Positions 46,956 through 56,427 of a stretch of 64,000 nt of DNA are shown here, piece by piece (position 1 is the stretch's first letter; every line of letters starts with the position of its first letter). The position numbers and the translations under genes are program-made. Source of the stretch: an uncultured Bacteroidales bacterium (lineage in GTDB: Bacteria; Bacteroidota; Bacteroidia; Bacteroidales; TTA-H9). The notes under the pieces are model-generated. The model had not been told where the DNA came from, did no database searches, and saw only the letters and a list, made by a program, of their open reading frames with translations. The DNA lies in NCBI GenBank assembly GCA_964550695.1, contig CAZKCK010000001.1:7427-71426 (forward strand), given 5' to 3'.

Positions 46956-49900
46956 ATGAAAAAAACATATACCCTCCTGTTGTTATTTTGCTTTACTGGG
47001 TTGGTTCGTGCCCAGATTGTATCTGAAAAGGTAATTCAAAAAACAGATACCGTGGCTTTGCACAGGCTTGCTGCAGATGCCGGAAAAAGTTTTCAACTGC
47101 AGCAGGATGCTGCCAACCAAAAGGCCAATCAGAAAGGATGGGTGCGACGGGTGGAGTTACCTGAGGGTGGGGTTACGGAAATTGTTGGTCTGGAACCCGA
47201 CGGAAAACCATTGCTTTTTGGAACCTCAAATCTGAATGCTGCAAAAACAGTATCAACCAACAAGGTTTGGCCCGGTGGATCTGCCGGTTTGAATCTTACC
47301 GGTTCAGGGCTCACCATTGCCATTTGGGATGGTGGTAAAGTCAGGACAACCCATCAGGAATTTGGTGGACGGGCCGTACAGTCGGATGGTGCAGCCACAC
47401 TCAACAATCATTCAACGCATGTAGCCGGAACCATGATTGCCGCCGGAGTTGATGCGAATGCAAAGGGAATGGCCTATCAGGCAAATCTGAATGCACGAGA
47501 TTGGAATTTTGACGTGATGGAAATGGCCAATGCTGCAGCTGCCGGATTGCTCATTTCAAACCATTCCTATAAACATATTTCAGGATGGGAAGGTCAATAC
47601 TGGTATGGTGACACAGCAGCAAGCCGAGTAAAGGACAATAAATTTGGTTTGTATGAAGCAAGTACCAGGCAATATGATTTAGTTTGTAACTATGCCCCAT
47701 ATTTTTTACCAGTAGTGGCAGCAAGCAACGACAGATTAAATACCTCCTCATACTCCGGAAAACCAAATACCGGGTATTACTGGAATGGTACAGCCTGGGC
47801 ATACAGCAGTTCAGCCCGTCCGCCCGATGGTCCGTATGATTGTATTCCAACATTCTGCACCGCAAAAAACATCCTTACAGTTGGCAATGTGGCTGATATT
47901 CCGGCAGGATATTCAGTGCCTGCGAATGTTGTGCTTGTCAACAGCAGTTCTTGCGGACCAACTGATGACGGGCGTATTAAACCAGATATTGTTGCCAACG
48001 GTTCCGGGCTTTACTCATCCTACTCTGGCAATGATGCTGCTTATGCAAGCATTACAGGAACCTCTATGGCCACACCCAATACATCAGGCTCACTATTATT
48101 GCTGCAGCAGCATTACCATAACCTGTACAATGATTATCTCAGGAGCGCAACCCTTAAGGCGATTGTGGTCAATACTGCCGATGAAGCAGGAGCTGCCAAC
48201 GGACCGGATTACCAGTTCGGATGGGGCCTCCTGAATACAAAGAAGGCTGCTGATGTTATCACAAATAAAGATAGCCTTAGCCTGATAGAAGAACTTAATC
48301 TTTCGCAGGGGCAGACATTTACCATGGAGTTTTACTGTGATGGAAGCACACCCTTAAAAGCCACACTGGCCTGGAACGACCCTGCCGCAGCAACATCTGA
48401 GTGGGTGAATGATCCGTCAACGCTCAGGCTGGTAAATAATCTTGATATGGCGATTACCAAAAGTGCATCTTCATGGTCACCATATATTCTCGATCCCGTC
48501 AACCCGGCCGGTATGGCCACAACAGGTAATAATTTCAGGGATAATGTTGAGCGGATTGACATAGCGGCGCCAACGGCCGGCACTTATACCCTGACCATTA
48601 CACATTCGGCTTCTTTAACTGGTGGTAGTCAGGACTTTTCGCTTGTTTTATCAGGTATTCAAAATAATGCACCCAAAGATTTTCAGGTTGCGTCGGTTTC
48701 ATTCGATCAGTTAAATATTTCCTGGAACCTTAACCAGGCTTACCCGGTGCTGCTTGCATACAGTACGGATGGTATTTTTGGTAACCCGTTAAATAATGTG
48801 ACATATACATCAGGAAATTCAATTCCGGGAGGAGGTACTGTAATTTACGGCGGTTCAGGCACAACCTTTAATCACACCGGATTAATTCCGGCTACCATGT
48901 ATTACTATAAAATATGGTCACTCATAAATGTAAATCCTGATTATTCATCCGGATTACCAGCCAATGGCACCACACAATGTCAGACGATTGAATTACCATA
49001 TTATCAGACATTTAACAATATTTTGACACCTGATTGCTGGCAAATACTTAAGCAGGGAAATGCTGAAGGATGGAGCATAAATAACTCTAATTACTGCGAT
49101 GGAACACCCAAAGAACTCTACCATTCCTGGGAGGATCTTTACAATAATTCCAGCAGCGGAATCCCCAATGCAACCAGTCGTGCTGTTTTACCTGCTGTAA
49201 ATACCACAGGTAAATCATCCCTTACCCTTTTATTCCGTCAGTTTTACAAGGATCCATCCTGGAGTAGTTCAGGAACGGCAACCATAAAAATCCAAAGTAG
49301 CCCTGATGGAATTTCCTGGACCGATGAAAGCTGGAGCCATGTTTCGCATACTGGTGATATAGGCCCTGAAATTAAATCAGTTACCATTACACACAACCTT
49401 AATTTGCCAAAAACATACATCGCCTTTACCATCACCGGCGATTTGTATGATTTCTGGTATTGGTCAGTTGACGATGTACAGTTGTCGGAAACCTCAGTCG
49501 CACCCAAAATAGTGAGTGTAAAAGTTCTGCCCGAAGGTTTGTGGAATGGTACCAATTTGAACAAGGCACAGGGCATTGGCAGTAGTGAGTATTCCGGGAA
49601 TATAGCTGATCAGATCTCTTTCGAATTACACGATGCCTCAAATTACAGTACAGTGGTTTATGCGCTTGACAGCATCAATCTGCCACAAAGTGGTATTGCT
49701 CTTTTTACCGTTCCGGCAGCATATTCCGGGTCGTACTACATAACTGTCAGGCACCGCAACTCAATCGAAACGGTTAGTTCGTCTCCGGTCTCATTCGCAG
49801 GCACAATGATTTCATACAATTTTTCAACTGCTGATTCACAAGCTTTTGGCAGTAATTTAAAGTTTCTGAATACCGGGATTTATGGCGTATTTTCGGGCGA

Positions 49901-50081
49901 TCCGAACGGAGATGGTGCGGTAGACGGACTTGATATGATAGAGATTGACAATGATGCAGCCGGGTTTAATTCAGGCTATCTTGTAACCGATTTGAATGGC
50001 GATGGAGCTGTTGATGCACTTGATTTAATCATGGTCGATAACAATGCTACAACCTTTATCTCCCGTATTACACCACCGTAA
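46956..50081 (+). CDS. Secreted subtilisin-family (S8) serine protease with C-terminal dockerin-like calcium-binding repeats
   Basis: - Signal peptide: MKKTYTLLLLFCFTGLVRAQ.
- Triad contexts: IAIWDGG (Asp), NNHSTHVAGT (His), GTSMATPNTSG (Ser).
- Beta-sandwich/FN3-like modules follow.
- The C-terminus carries a duplicated DxNGDGAVDxLD motif.
- I see no T9SS CTD. Confidence 0.85.
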   Translation: MKKTYTLLLLFCFTGLVRAQIVSEKVIQKTDTVALHRLAADAGKSFQLQQDAANQKANQKGWVRRVELPEGGVTEIVGLEPDGKPLLFGTSNLNAAKTVSTNKVWPGGSAGLNLTGSGLTIAIWDGGKVRTTHQEFGGRAVQSDGAATLNNHSTHVAGTMIAAGVDANAKGMAYQANLNARDWNFDVMEMANAAAAGLLISNHSYKHISGWEGQYWYGDTAASRVKDNKFGLYEASTRQYDLVCNYAPYFLPVVAASNDRLNTSSYSGKPNTGYYWNGTAWAYSSSARPPDGPYDCIPTFCTAKNILTVGNVADIPAGYSVPANVVLVNSSSCGPTDDGRIKPDIVANGSGLYSSYSGNDAAYASITGTSMATPNTSGSLLLLQQHYHNLYNDYLRSATLKAIVVNTADEAGAANGPDYQFGWGLLNTKKAADVITNKDSLSLIEELNLSQGQTFTMEFYCDGSTPLKATLAWNDPAAATSEWVNDPSTLRLVNNLDMAITKSASSWSPYILDPVNPAGMATTGNNFRDNVERIDIAAPTAGTYTLTITHSASLTGGSQDFSLVLSGIQNNAPKDFQVASVSFDQLNISWNLNQAYPVLLAYSTDGIFGNPLNNVTYTSGNSIPGGGTVIYGGSGTTFNHTGLIPATMYYYKIWSLINVNPDYSSGLPANGTTQCQTIELPYYQTFNNILTPDCWQILKQGNAEGWSINNSNYCDGTPKELYHSWEDLYNNSSSGIPNATSRAVLPAVNTTGKSSLTLLFRQFYKDPSWSSSGTATIKIQSSPDGISWTDESWSHVSHTGDIGPEIKSVTITHNLNLPKTYIAFTITGDLYDFWYWSVDDVQLSETSVAPKIVSVKVLPEGLWNGTNLNKAQGIGSSEYSGNIADQISFELHDASNYSTVVYALDSINLPQSGIALFTVPAAYSGSYYITVRHRNSIETVSSSPVSFAGTMISYNFSTADSQAFGSNLKFLNTGIYGVFSGDPNGDGAVDGLDMIEIDNDAAGFNSGYLVTDLNGDGAVDALDLIMVDNNATTFISRITPP

Positions 50082-50105
50082 TATCTGGTTGTAACAAAGA
50101 AAACT

Positions 50106-50113
50106 TAAATTTG
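50106..50113 (+). promoter_or_regulatory. Bacteroidota -7 promoter box TAAATTTG upstream of recO
   Basis: Exact TAnnTTTG match. The recO reading frame opens at 50121, directly downstream. Confidence 0.5.
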
Positions 50114-50141
50114 CAAATAATCAATACGGAGGACTTTACCT

Positions 50142-50873
50142 ATCCCAGAACCAATTAAAACCCTGGCTATTGTACTGAATCACCTGAAATATGGTGAGAG
50201 CAGCATTATAGCCAGGTTATATACCCGCCACGAAGGTCAGAAATCTTTTATTGTTAAAGGAGCCCGTTCGCAGGGTTCCAAAATAAAAGTTGCTCTTTTT
50301 CAGCCATTGACTCGTCTGGAGATTGTTATGGAGGCCCCGGGGCGACATAGCTTAAATTATTTGAAAGAAGCCCGGCTGAGCCGTCATAATACCGCAATTG
50401 CAGGCGATGTCAGAAAAAGCAGCCTCGCTTTATTCATAAGTGAAGTCGTTTCAAAAACAATTCGGGAGGAAGAAAAAAATACTGCTGTATTTGATTTTCT
50501 TGAACAAACAATTGAGTCGCTAGAGCAAATGAATGATGGCTTTTCTGTGTTCCATCTGCAGTTTTTAATCAATTTCAGCAGTTATCTGGGGTTTAAGCCG
50601 CACAATAACCACTCTGAAAATAATACCATTTTTGATCTGCAGGAAGGAAGGTTTCAGGATTTTTTCCCCAATCATCCTTATTATCTGGCCGGTGCCGAGG
50701 CATTGACTTTTTCGGGATTTCTGGAAGCCACAACCGACCAGCGCCCAATGCCTGAGTTATCACTTACTGCAAAGTTTAAAATGCTCACGGCCATGCTTGA
50801 TTATTACCATATGCATCTTACGGGTATGGGACAGATCAGATCTCTTGGAATTCTCAGGGAAGTATTCAGATAA
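50142..50873 (+). CDS. recO: DNA repair protein RecO; start codon non-canonical or unresolved
   Basis: The track gives only 50307-50873 (TTG start). The same frame is open back to 50121 and encodes ...PIPEPIKTLAIVLNHLKYGESSIIARLYTRHEGQKSFIVKGARSQGSKIKVALFQP, which is the conserved RecO N-terminal OB-fold. There is no in-frame ATG, GTG or TTG between 50121 and 50306. Candidate starts are ATC 50142, ATT 50154 and CTG 50163. Confidence 0.7.
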   Translation: MPEPIKTLAIVLNHLKYGESSIIARLYTRHEGQKSFIVKGARSQGSKIKVALFQPLTRLEIVMEAPGRHSLNYLKEARLSRHNTAIAGDVRKSSLALFISEVVSKTIREEEKNTAVFDFLEQTIESLEQMNDGFSVFHLQFLINFSSYLGFKPHNNHSENNTIFDLQEGRFQDFFPNHPYYLAGAEALTFSGFLEATTDQRPMPELSLTAKFKMLTAMLDYYHMHLTGMGQIRSLGILREVFR

Positions 50874-51032
50874 GCCTCAAACAGCATGATCATTTCTATG
50901 TAATTGATTTATAAAACTTTTAAGAACAACCATTAATTTATTTCAGCGTAGAAAGCAATAGAAATTATGTTCTTTTGAATGCCAAAATTCCTAAGTTTCA
51001 GTATTAAAGCAAAAATATGCCGATTTTTTTAT

Positions 51033-51040
51033 TACCTTTG
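51033..51040 (+). promoter_or_regulatory. Bacteroidota -7 promoter box TACCTTTG
   Basis: TAnnTTTG match 38 nt upstream of the ATG at 51079. Confidence 0.45.
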
Positions 51041-51078
51041 CCAATCTTATACTTATTTAATAACCAATACCGTTAGCA

Positions 51079-51897
51079 ATGAAGAAGGCCCGGGTGCTTT
51101 TTGTATCACAGGAAATAGTACCCTACTTAAAGGATAGCCCTATGGGCACAATAGCCCGGTATCTGCCGCAGGCCATTCAGGAAAGGGGTAAAGAGATCAG
51201 GACATTTATGCCGCGTTTCGGACATATCAATGAAAGAAGGAACCAGCTTCATGAGGTTATCCGCCTTTCAGGGATGAATCTGATTATCGACGACACTGAT
51301 CATCCCCTCATTATCAAGGTTGCCTCAATACAACAAGCAAGGATGCAGGTTTATTTTATTGATAATGAGGACTATTTTCAACGAAAGTACCAGTTCACTG
51401 ACAAAGCCGGCAAGTTTTATAAAGACAATGATGAACGTGCCGTATTTTTTGCGCGTGGTGTGCTTGAGACTGTTAAAAAACTTTCATGGAACCCCGACCT
51501 GATACATTGTCATGGTTGGATGACCAGCATATTGCCTTTGTATGTAAAGAAGGCATTTAAGGATAATCCGGTTTTTTCTGATTCAAAGATTGTAATTTCA
51601 ATTTATGATGACGATTTTGAAACCAAATTCGGTAAGGATATCGGGTCAAAAATAAAACTTCCGGGTATAACAGAAAAAGACCTTAAAAACTATAAGAAGG
51701 GAAATTACGTTAACCTGATTAAAGGGGCACTTGATTTTGCAGATGGAGCCATCATTGCCAGCGAAAAAGTTAATCCTGAAATTCTTGAGTACCTTGACGA
51801 AATAAAACTGCCGGTTCTTGGTTTTCAATCAGAAGAAACTTATGTGGATGCGTACAATGATTTTTATGATAAAATCCTCGAAAACCAGCCTGCCTGA
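51079..51897 (+). CDS. Short glycogen/starch-synthase-like protein (GT5 N-terminal domain only)
   Basis: The sequence VLFVSQEIVPYLKDSPMGTIARYLPQAIQERGKEIRTFMPRFG...VYFIDNEDYFQRK...DLIHCHGWMTS resembles the starch-synthase catalytic N-domain. At 272 aa it lacks the C-terminal GT1 half. Confidence 0.7.
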   Translation: MKKARVLFVSQEIVPYLKDSPMGTIARYLPQAIQERGKEIRTFMPRFGHINERRNQLHEVIRLSGMNLIIDDTDHPLIIKVASIQQARMQVYFIDNEDYFQRKYQFTDKAGKFYKDNDERAVFFARGVLETVKKLSWNPDLIHCHGWMTSILPLYVKKAFKDNPVFSDSKIVISIYDDDFETKFGKDIGSKIKLPGITEKDLKNYKKGNYVNLIKGALDFADGAIIASEKVNPEILEYLDEIKLPVLGFQSEETYVDAYNDFYDKILENQPA

Positions 51898-51953
51898 GTA
51901 TCTTTGCTGCCCTTTTGATTGTTCTGTTGTTTTACTTTTAAATTTAAATTTTG

Positions 51954-53285
51954 ATGCATTCAGTTAAAGGTTATGTTAGCCTGCTTTTGCTGGCTGTTGT
52001 TGTATTTTCCTGTTCAAAGGAAGCGAATAAACTTGGAACCAGTGTAGTACCGGCCAACAGCCGCCTGCAATTTGGCTATGATACGGCAATAACCATCAAC
52101 GCATACTCAATGATTGACGATTCGGTGCGTACTGATGAAACCAGCCTGAACGTTCTTGGAAGCTACTGGGATCCCGTTTTTGGAATAACCACTGCCAGTA
52201 TTTACGGGCAATTGCGCCTTCCTTCAACCGGGCATAGCTTTGGAACCAACCCGGTTATCGACTCTGCCGTGCTCGTTTTATCTTTCAGCGGTGCCTATGG
52301 TGACTCATCTGCCATGCAGACCATAAAACTGCATGAGGTTACTGAGCAGATGTATTATGACAGCATCTATTATTCAAACAAGAGCCTCCAGATTGACCCG
52401 ATACCACTGGCCTCCAAAACTTTTCTTGCAAGCCCTTACGATAGTGTGCTGGTTGATACTGTAAAAGTTTCTCCAAGAATGAAAATCAGGATTGACCAGA
52501 GTGCACCTGCATTTATTCAGAAGCTTCTTACAGCTTCAACCACAGTGATGGCTTCAAATGATGAGTTCATAAAATATGTATACGGACTGTATTTAACTGC
52601 CGAAAGTCCGGCAGGGTCCAATCAGGGACTGTTGATGTACCTGAATCTTGAATCAACCATCAGCGGACTAACCCTTTATTATAAGAATGATGAAACCGAC
52701 TCTTTGTCATTTGATTATGTGATTAATTCATCTTCAGCCAGATATAATAATTACAATCATTTTGGCTATGCTCAGGCCAATCCTGAGTTTATTCAGCAGG
52801 TAGTTCAAAAGGATACCATACTTGGTAAAAACACCTTATACCTACAGGCAATGGGGGGTGTTAAGACAGTTCTTAAATTCCCCGATCTTTCAAACCTGAC
52901 TCAGGACGGCAAAGTTGCAATTAACGAGGCAAGGCTTGTAATTTATGATGGTGAGCATAATTCGACATACAAAGCCCCGGGCAGCCTGATTCTAATAAGA
53001 CAAAAATCTGACGGTGATATTGCTTTCCTGCCCGATCAATATATCGGAGATACTTATTTTGGCGGAACTTATGACAGCACGCTTTACAATTATAATTTCA
53101 GAATAACCCGATATATTCAGTCATTGGTAGCCGGAACTGAACTATCCTCAACCAGTCTGTTTCTGCTGGCTCCAAGTGCTGCTGTCAGGGGGCACAGGCT
53201 GGTGATTAACGGAACAGCACCCTCAAATCAGGCTGTTGCACAAAAAAAGATACAATTACAGGTATTGTTTACAAAATTGCCTTAA
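51954..53285 (+). CDS. Hypothetical lipoprotein (possibly DUF4270-like)
   Basis: The lipobox is VVVFSC. Its position between the glgA-like gene and glmS matches the arrangement I recall in Bacteroidota. No catalytic motif is present. Confidence 0.5.
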   Translation: MHSVKGYVSLLLLAVVVFSCSKEANKLGTSVVPANSRLQFGYDTAITINAYSMIDDSVRTDETSLNVLGSYWDPVFGITTASIYGQLRLPSTGHSFGTNPVIDSAVLVLSFSGAYGDSSAMQTIKLHEVTEQMYYDSIYYSNKSLQIDPIPLASKTFLASPYDSVLVDTVKVSPRMKIRIDQSAPAFIQKLLTASTTVMASNDEFIKYVYGLYLTAESPAGSNQGLLMYLNLESTISGLTLYYKNDETDSLSFDYVINSSSARYNNYNHFGYAQANPEFIQQVVQKDTILGKNTLYLQAMGGVKTVLKFPDLSNLTQDGKVAINEARLVIYDGEHNSTYKAPGSLILIRQKSDGDIAFLPDQYIGDTYFGGTYDSTLYNYNFRITRYIQSLVAGTELSSTSLFLLAPSAAVRGHRLVINGTAPSNQAVAQKKIQLQVLFTKLP

Positions 53286-53290
53286 CTTTG
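53283..53290 (+). promoter_or_regulatory. Bacteroidota -7 promoter box TAACTTTG
   Basis: TAnnTTTG match 33 nt upstream of the glmS ATG. Confidence 0.45.
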
Positions 53291-53323
53291 TTAACCGTTC
53301 AGTAATTAAGAAAATATAACATT

Positions 53324-55162
53324 ATGTGTGGAATAGTTGGATACTTAGGACCGCGCGAAGCTCTTCCAATCCTGATAAAGGGGTTGAAGCGCCTTGAATA
53401 CAGGGGATATGACAGTGCTGGTGTCGCCATCATCAATGATACCCTGAAAGTGTATAAAACCAAAGGCAAGGTCTCGGATCTTGAGCGTTTTATAGGTGAT
53501 AAAGACTTGCATGGCACAGTAGGTATGGCGCATACCCGTTGGGCTACCCATGGTGAGCCCAATGATGTAAATGCACATCCCCACTTCTCACAATCAGAAG
53601 AAATGGCTTTGATTCATAATGGCATTATCGAAAATTATGCTATACTGAAGGAAGGCCTTATTTTGCAGGGATATGAATTTCACAGCAATACCGATACAGA
53701 AGTCTTGATTCAACTGATAGAGTATATCAGGAAGTCTACAGGCCTTGGTTTGCTCGAAGCTGTTCAGTCAGCCCTGAATCAGGTTATAGGCGCCTATGCA
53801 ATTGTTATTCTCGACAGAAAAGAGCCGGATACAATGATAGCTGCCCGTAAAGGCAGCCCGCTCGTTGTTGGTATAGGCAAGGATGAGTTTTTCCTTGCTT
53901 CCGATGCATCTCCAATTATTGAGTATACCAAGGATGTGGTTTATCTTGATGATGAAGAAATAGCCATCATAAAACGTGGCCAGCGTTTAAAGATTAAAAC
54001 CATCAAGGATATCGATAAGAATCCGGTTGTGAAAACCCTTGAAATGAACCTCAGTCAGCTCGAAAAGGGCGGATATGAGCATTTTATGCTAAAGGAAATC
54101 TTTGAACAACCCGTAACTGTTACTGATAGTTTCAGGGGGCGAATTCATCCCGAATCTGAAGTTATTTCAATGGCCGGCATAATTGATCATCTTGATAAAT
54201 TTATGAATGCCAGGCGTATAATTATCACTGCCGCAGGTACATCCTGGCATGCCGGACTGGTTGGTGAATACCTGTTTGAAGAACTGTGCCGCATTCCGGT
54301 TGAAGTAGAATATGCTTCTGAATTCAGGTACAGGAACCCGATTATTTATTCTGATGATATTCTGATTGCGATCAGCCAGAGCGGCGAAACCGCCGATACA
54401 CTTGCTGCTATTGACATTGCCAAGAAAAATGGTGCCTTTATTTACGGAATATGCAATGTGGTAGGTTCTTCAATTGCCCGCGCCACCGATGCCGGATCAT
54501 ACACACATGCCGGCCCTGAAATCGGGGTTGCCTCAACCAAGGCATTTACTGCCCAGGTAACCGTTCTCACATTGATGGCCCTTGCCATCGGGCAACATAA
54601 GGGAACGATTGACTCAGCTAAGGTTCAACTGATTAAAAAGGAATTGGAGGCAATTCCGGATAAAATCAGAATAATTTTAAATCAGGCTGAGGCCATCAGG
54701 GATTTTACAAAGTACTTTACCTATACAAAGAATTTTCTGTATCTCGGACGTGGTTTTAACTTCCCCGTAGCGCTTGAAGGAGCACTGAAACTAAAAGAAA
54801 TTTCATATATTCATGCCGAAGGTTACCCGGCGGCAGAAATGAAACACGGTCCCATTGCCCTTATCGACAATGAAATGCCAGTGGTGATTATCGCACCGCA
54901 ACGAGGCATCTATGATAAGGTTGTTTCGAACATTCAGGAGGTAAAAGCACGTAAAGGCCGCATTATCTCAGTTGTGACCGAAGGCGATGTTACAGTTAAG
55001 GGACTTTCTGATTTCTGTATCGAAATTCCTGATACTGAGGAGATTCTCAGCCCATTGCTTGCCACCATTCCATTGCAGCTAATGGCATATTACATTGCCG
55101 TTGCACGTGGCTGCAATGTTGATCAACCCCGTAATCTGGCTAAGTCAGTCACAGTAGAATAA
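53324..55162 (+). CDS. glmS: Glutamine--fructose-6-phosphate aminotransferase
   Basis: The N-terminal nucleophile is MCGIVGY, followed by two SIS domains and the C-terminal ...LAKSVTVE. Length is 612 aa. Confidence 0.97.
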   Translation: MCGIVGYLGPREALPILIKGLKRLEYRGYDSAGVAIINDTLKVYKTKGKVSDLERFIGDKDLHGTVGMAHTRWATHGEPNDVNAHPHFSQSEEMALIHNGIIENYAILKEGLILQGYEFHSNTDTEVLIQLIEYIRKSTGLGLLEAVQSALNQVIGAYAIVILDRKEPDTMIAARKGSPLVVGIGKDEFFLASDASPIIEYTKDVVYLDDEEIAIIKRGQRLKIKTIKDIDKNPVVKTLEMNLSQLEKGGYEHFMLKEIFEQPVTVTDSFRGRIHPESEVISMAGIIDHLDKFMNARRIIITAAGTSWHAGLVGEYLFEELCRIPVEVEYASEFRYRNPIIYSDDILIAISQSGETADTLAAIDIAKKNGAFIYGICNVVGSSIARATDAGSYTHAGPEIGVASTKAFTAQVTVLTLMALAIGQHKGTIDSAKVQLIKKELEAIPDKIRIILNQAEAIRDFTKYFTYTKNFLYLGRGFNFPVALEGALKLKEISYIHAEGYPAAEMKHGPIALIDNEMPVVIIAPQRGIYDKVVSNIQEVKARKGRIISVVTEGDVTVKGLSDFCIEIPDTEEILSPLLATIPLQLMAYYIAVARGCNVDQPRNLAKSVTVE

Positions 55163-55639
55163 TTATTCAACGATAAAATTCTCACGGCCCGGATAGTGTA
55201 AGCGCTTCCGGGCTATTTTTTCGGGGTAAATGAAATAGATTGCAAGGGCCTCAGTTCTTATAATGCCCTCCTTATCAATAATATAACATTCAATATAAGC
55301 TAAATCCCCAACGGTCTCGCGTATACGGGCTTTTAACGTAATCGCTCCGTGGCAAAGGAAAACATTCTTTTTAAAATCCACTTCCATCCGTTGCGTAAAC
55401 CCCGCAGTTCCCAGTTTTACCATCATAACCCAACAGGCCAGTTCATCAAGCAAAGCCATCTGAACGCCTCCATGCAGCACATTGTTGTAGCTTTGGAAGT
55501 CGGTTGCCGGTAACCATTCCGAAACAATATAATCCCCGTCATCCCAAAACTCCATTTTCAGACCAAGCGAATTCCCCGGGGCACAGCCATAGCAGTTGTA
55601 AGAAGGATTTTGACGTTCAGGGTTAATTATTTTTTTCAT
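55163..55639 (-). CDS. Hotdog-fold (PaaI-like) thioesterase with N-terminal Cys pair
   Basis: The sequence CYGCAPGNSLGLKMEF...VLHGGVQMALLDELACW is a typical PaaI/4HBT pattern. I trimmed the start to the ATG at 55639 (MKKIINPE...). Its stop codon abuts the glmS stop with zero intergenic bases. Confidence 0.7.
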   Translation of the reverse strand: MKKIINPERQNPSYNCYGCAPGNSLGLKMEFWDDGDYIVSEWLPATDFQSYNNVLHGGVQMALLDELACWVMMVKLGTAGFTQRMEVDFKKNVFLCHGAITLKARIRETVGDLAYIECYIIDKEGIIRTEALAIYFIYPEKIARKRLHYPGRENFIVE

Positions 55640-55710
55640 ATAACCAAGATAAGCAAACCCGAACAGCACTGTTCAGGTTTGCCTTAAAAAATTTGTTGTG
55701 GCAGCTACCT

Positions 55711-56286
55711 TCAGAATCTGGCAGCAACAGACTCCCAATCAACCAGTTTCCAGAAATCGGCGATATAATCAGGCCTGCGGTTCTGCTTGTCGAGATAATA
55801 GGCATGTTCCCAAACATCGCAGGTTAGAAGCGGGGTTTTACCTGAACGCAAAGGGCAGCCGGCATTGCTTTCCTGCACAATTTCAAGTTTTCCGTCAGCA
55901 TTCTTCACCAGCCATGCCCAACCAGAGCCAAAAAGGGTGGCTGCTGCTGTGGAGAATTTTTCTTTAAAGGTTTCAAAAGAGCCAAATGCATCATCGATGG
56001 CTTCAGCAAGTTTACCCGATGGAACACCACCACCGTTTGGCTTCAGGCAATTCCAGTAAAAAGTATGGTTCCATACCTGAGCACCGTTATTAAAAATGCC
56101 TCCGGAGGCTTTCATGATGATTTCTTCGAGGGTGGCATTTTCAAATTCAGTTCCGGGTACGAGCTTGTTCAGGTTGGTTACGTACGCCTGATGGTGTTTA
56201 CCATAATGAAAATCAATTGTTTGTTTTGAGATGATTGGCGCAAGGGCATCCGGTGCCCAGGGCAGATGGGGTAATTCAAAGTTCAT
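55711..56286 (-). CDS. sodB: Fe/Mn superoxide dismutase
   Basis: The sequence [34 protein letters not shown]...[10 protein letters not shown] contains the metal-ligand His/Asp contexts. Length is 191 aa. Confidence 0.95.
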   Translation of the reverse strand: MNFELPHLPWAPDALAPIISKQTIDFHYGKHHQAYVTNLNKLVPGTEFENATLEEIIMKASGGIFNNGAQVWNHTFYWNCLKPNGGGVPSGKLAEAIDDAFGSFETFKEKFSTAAATLFGSGWAWLVKNADGKLEIVQESNAGCPLRSGKTPLLTCDVWEHAYYLDKQNRRPDYIADFWKLVDWESVAARF

Positions 56287-56427
56287 AATGTCTAATTTTT
56301 TTTAATTGGGATAAAGATAATACTAATTGGGTTTGACCCGGAAGCTGTTAATAAATATTGTCAGATAACAAAAAACCCATAGTCGTAATGCGTTGACTAT
56401 GGGTCTGAATAAAATTATACGGGAAAC

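Noticed and set aside
53286-53323. glmS ribozyme upstream of glmS.
   Set aside because: Only 38 nt of intergenic sequence is available, and it contains a promoter box. That is far too short for the ribozyme, which I recall being mainly a Gram-positive element.
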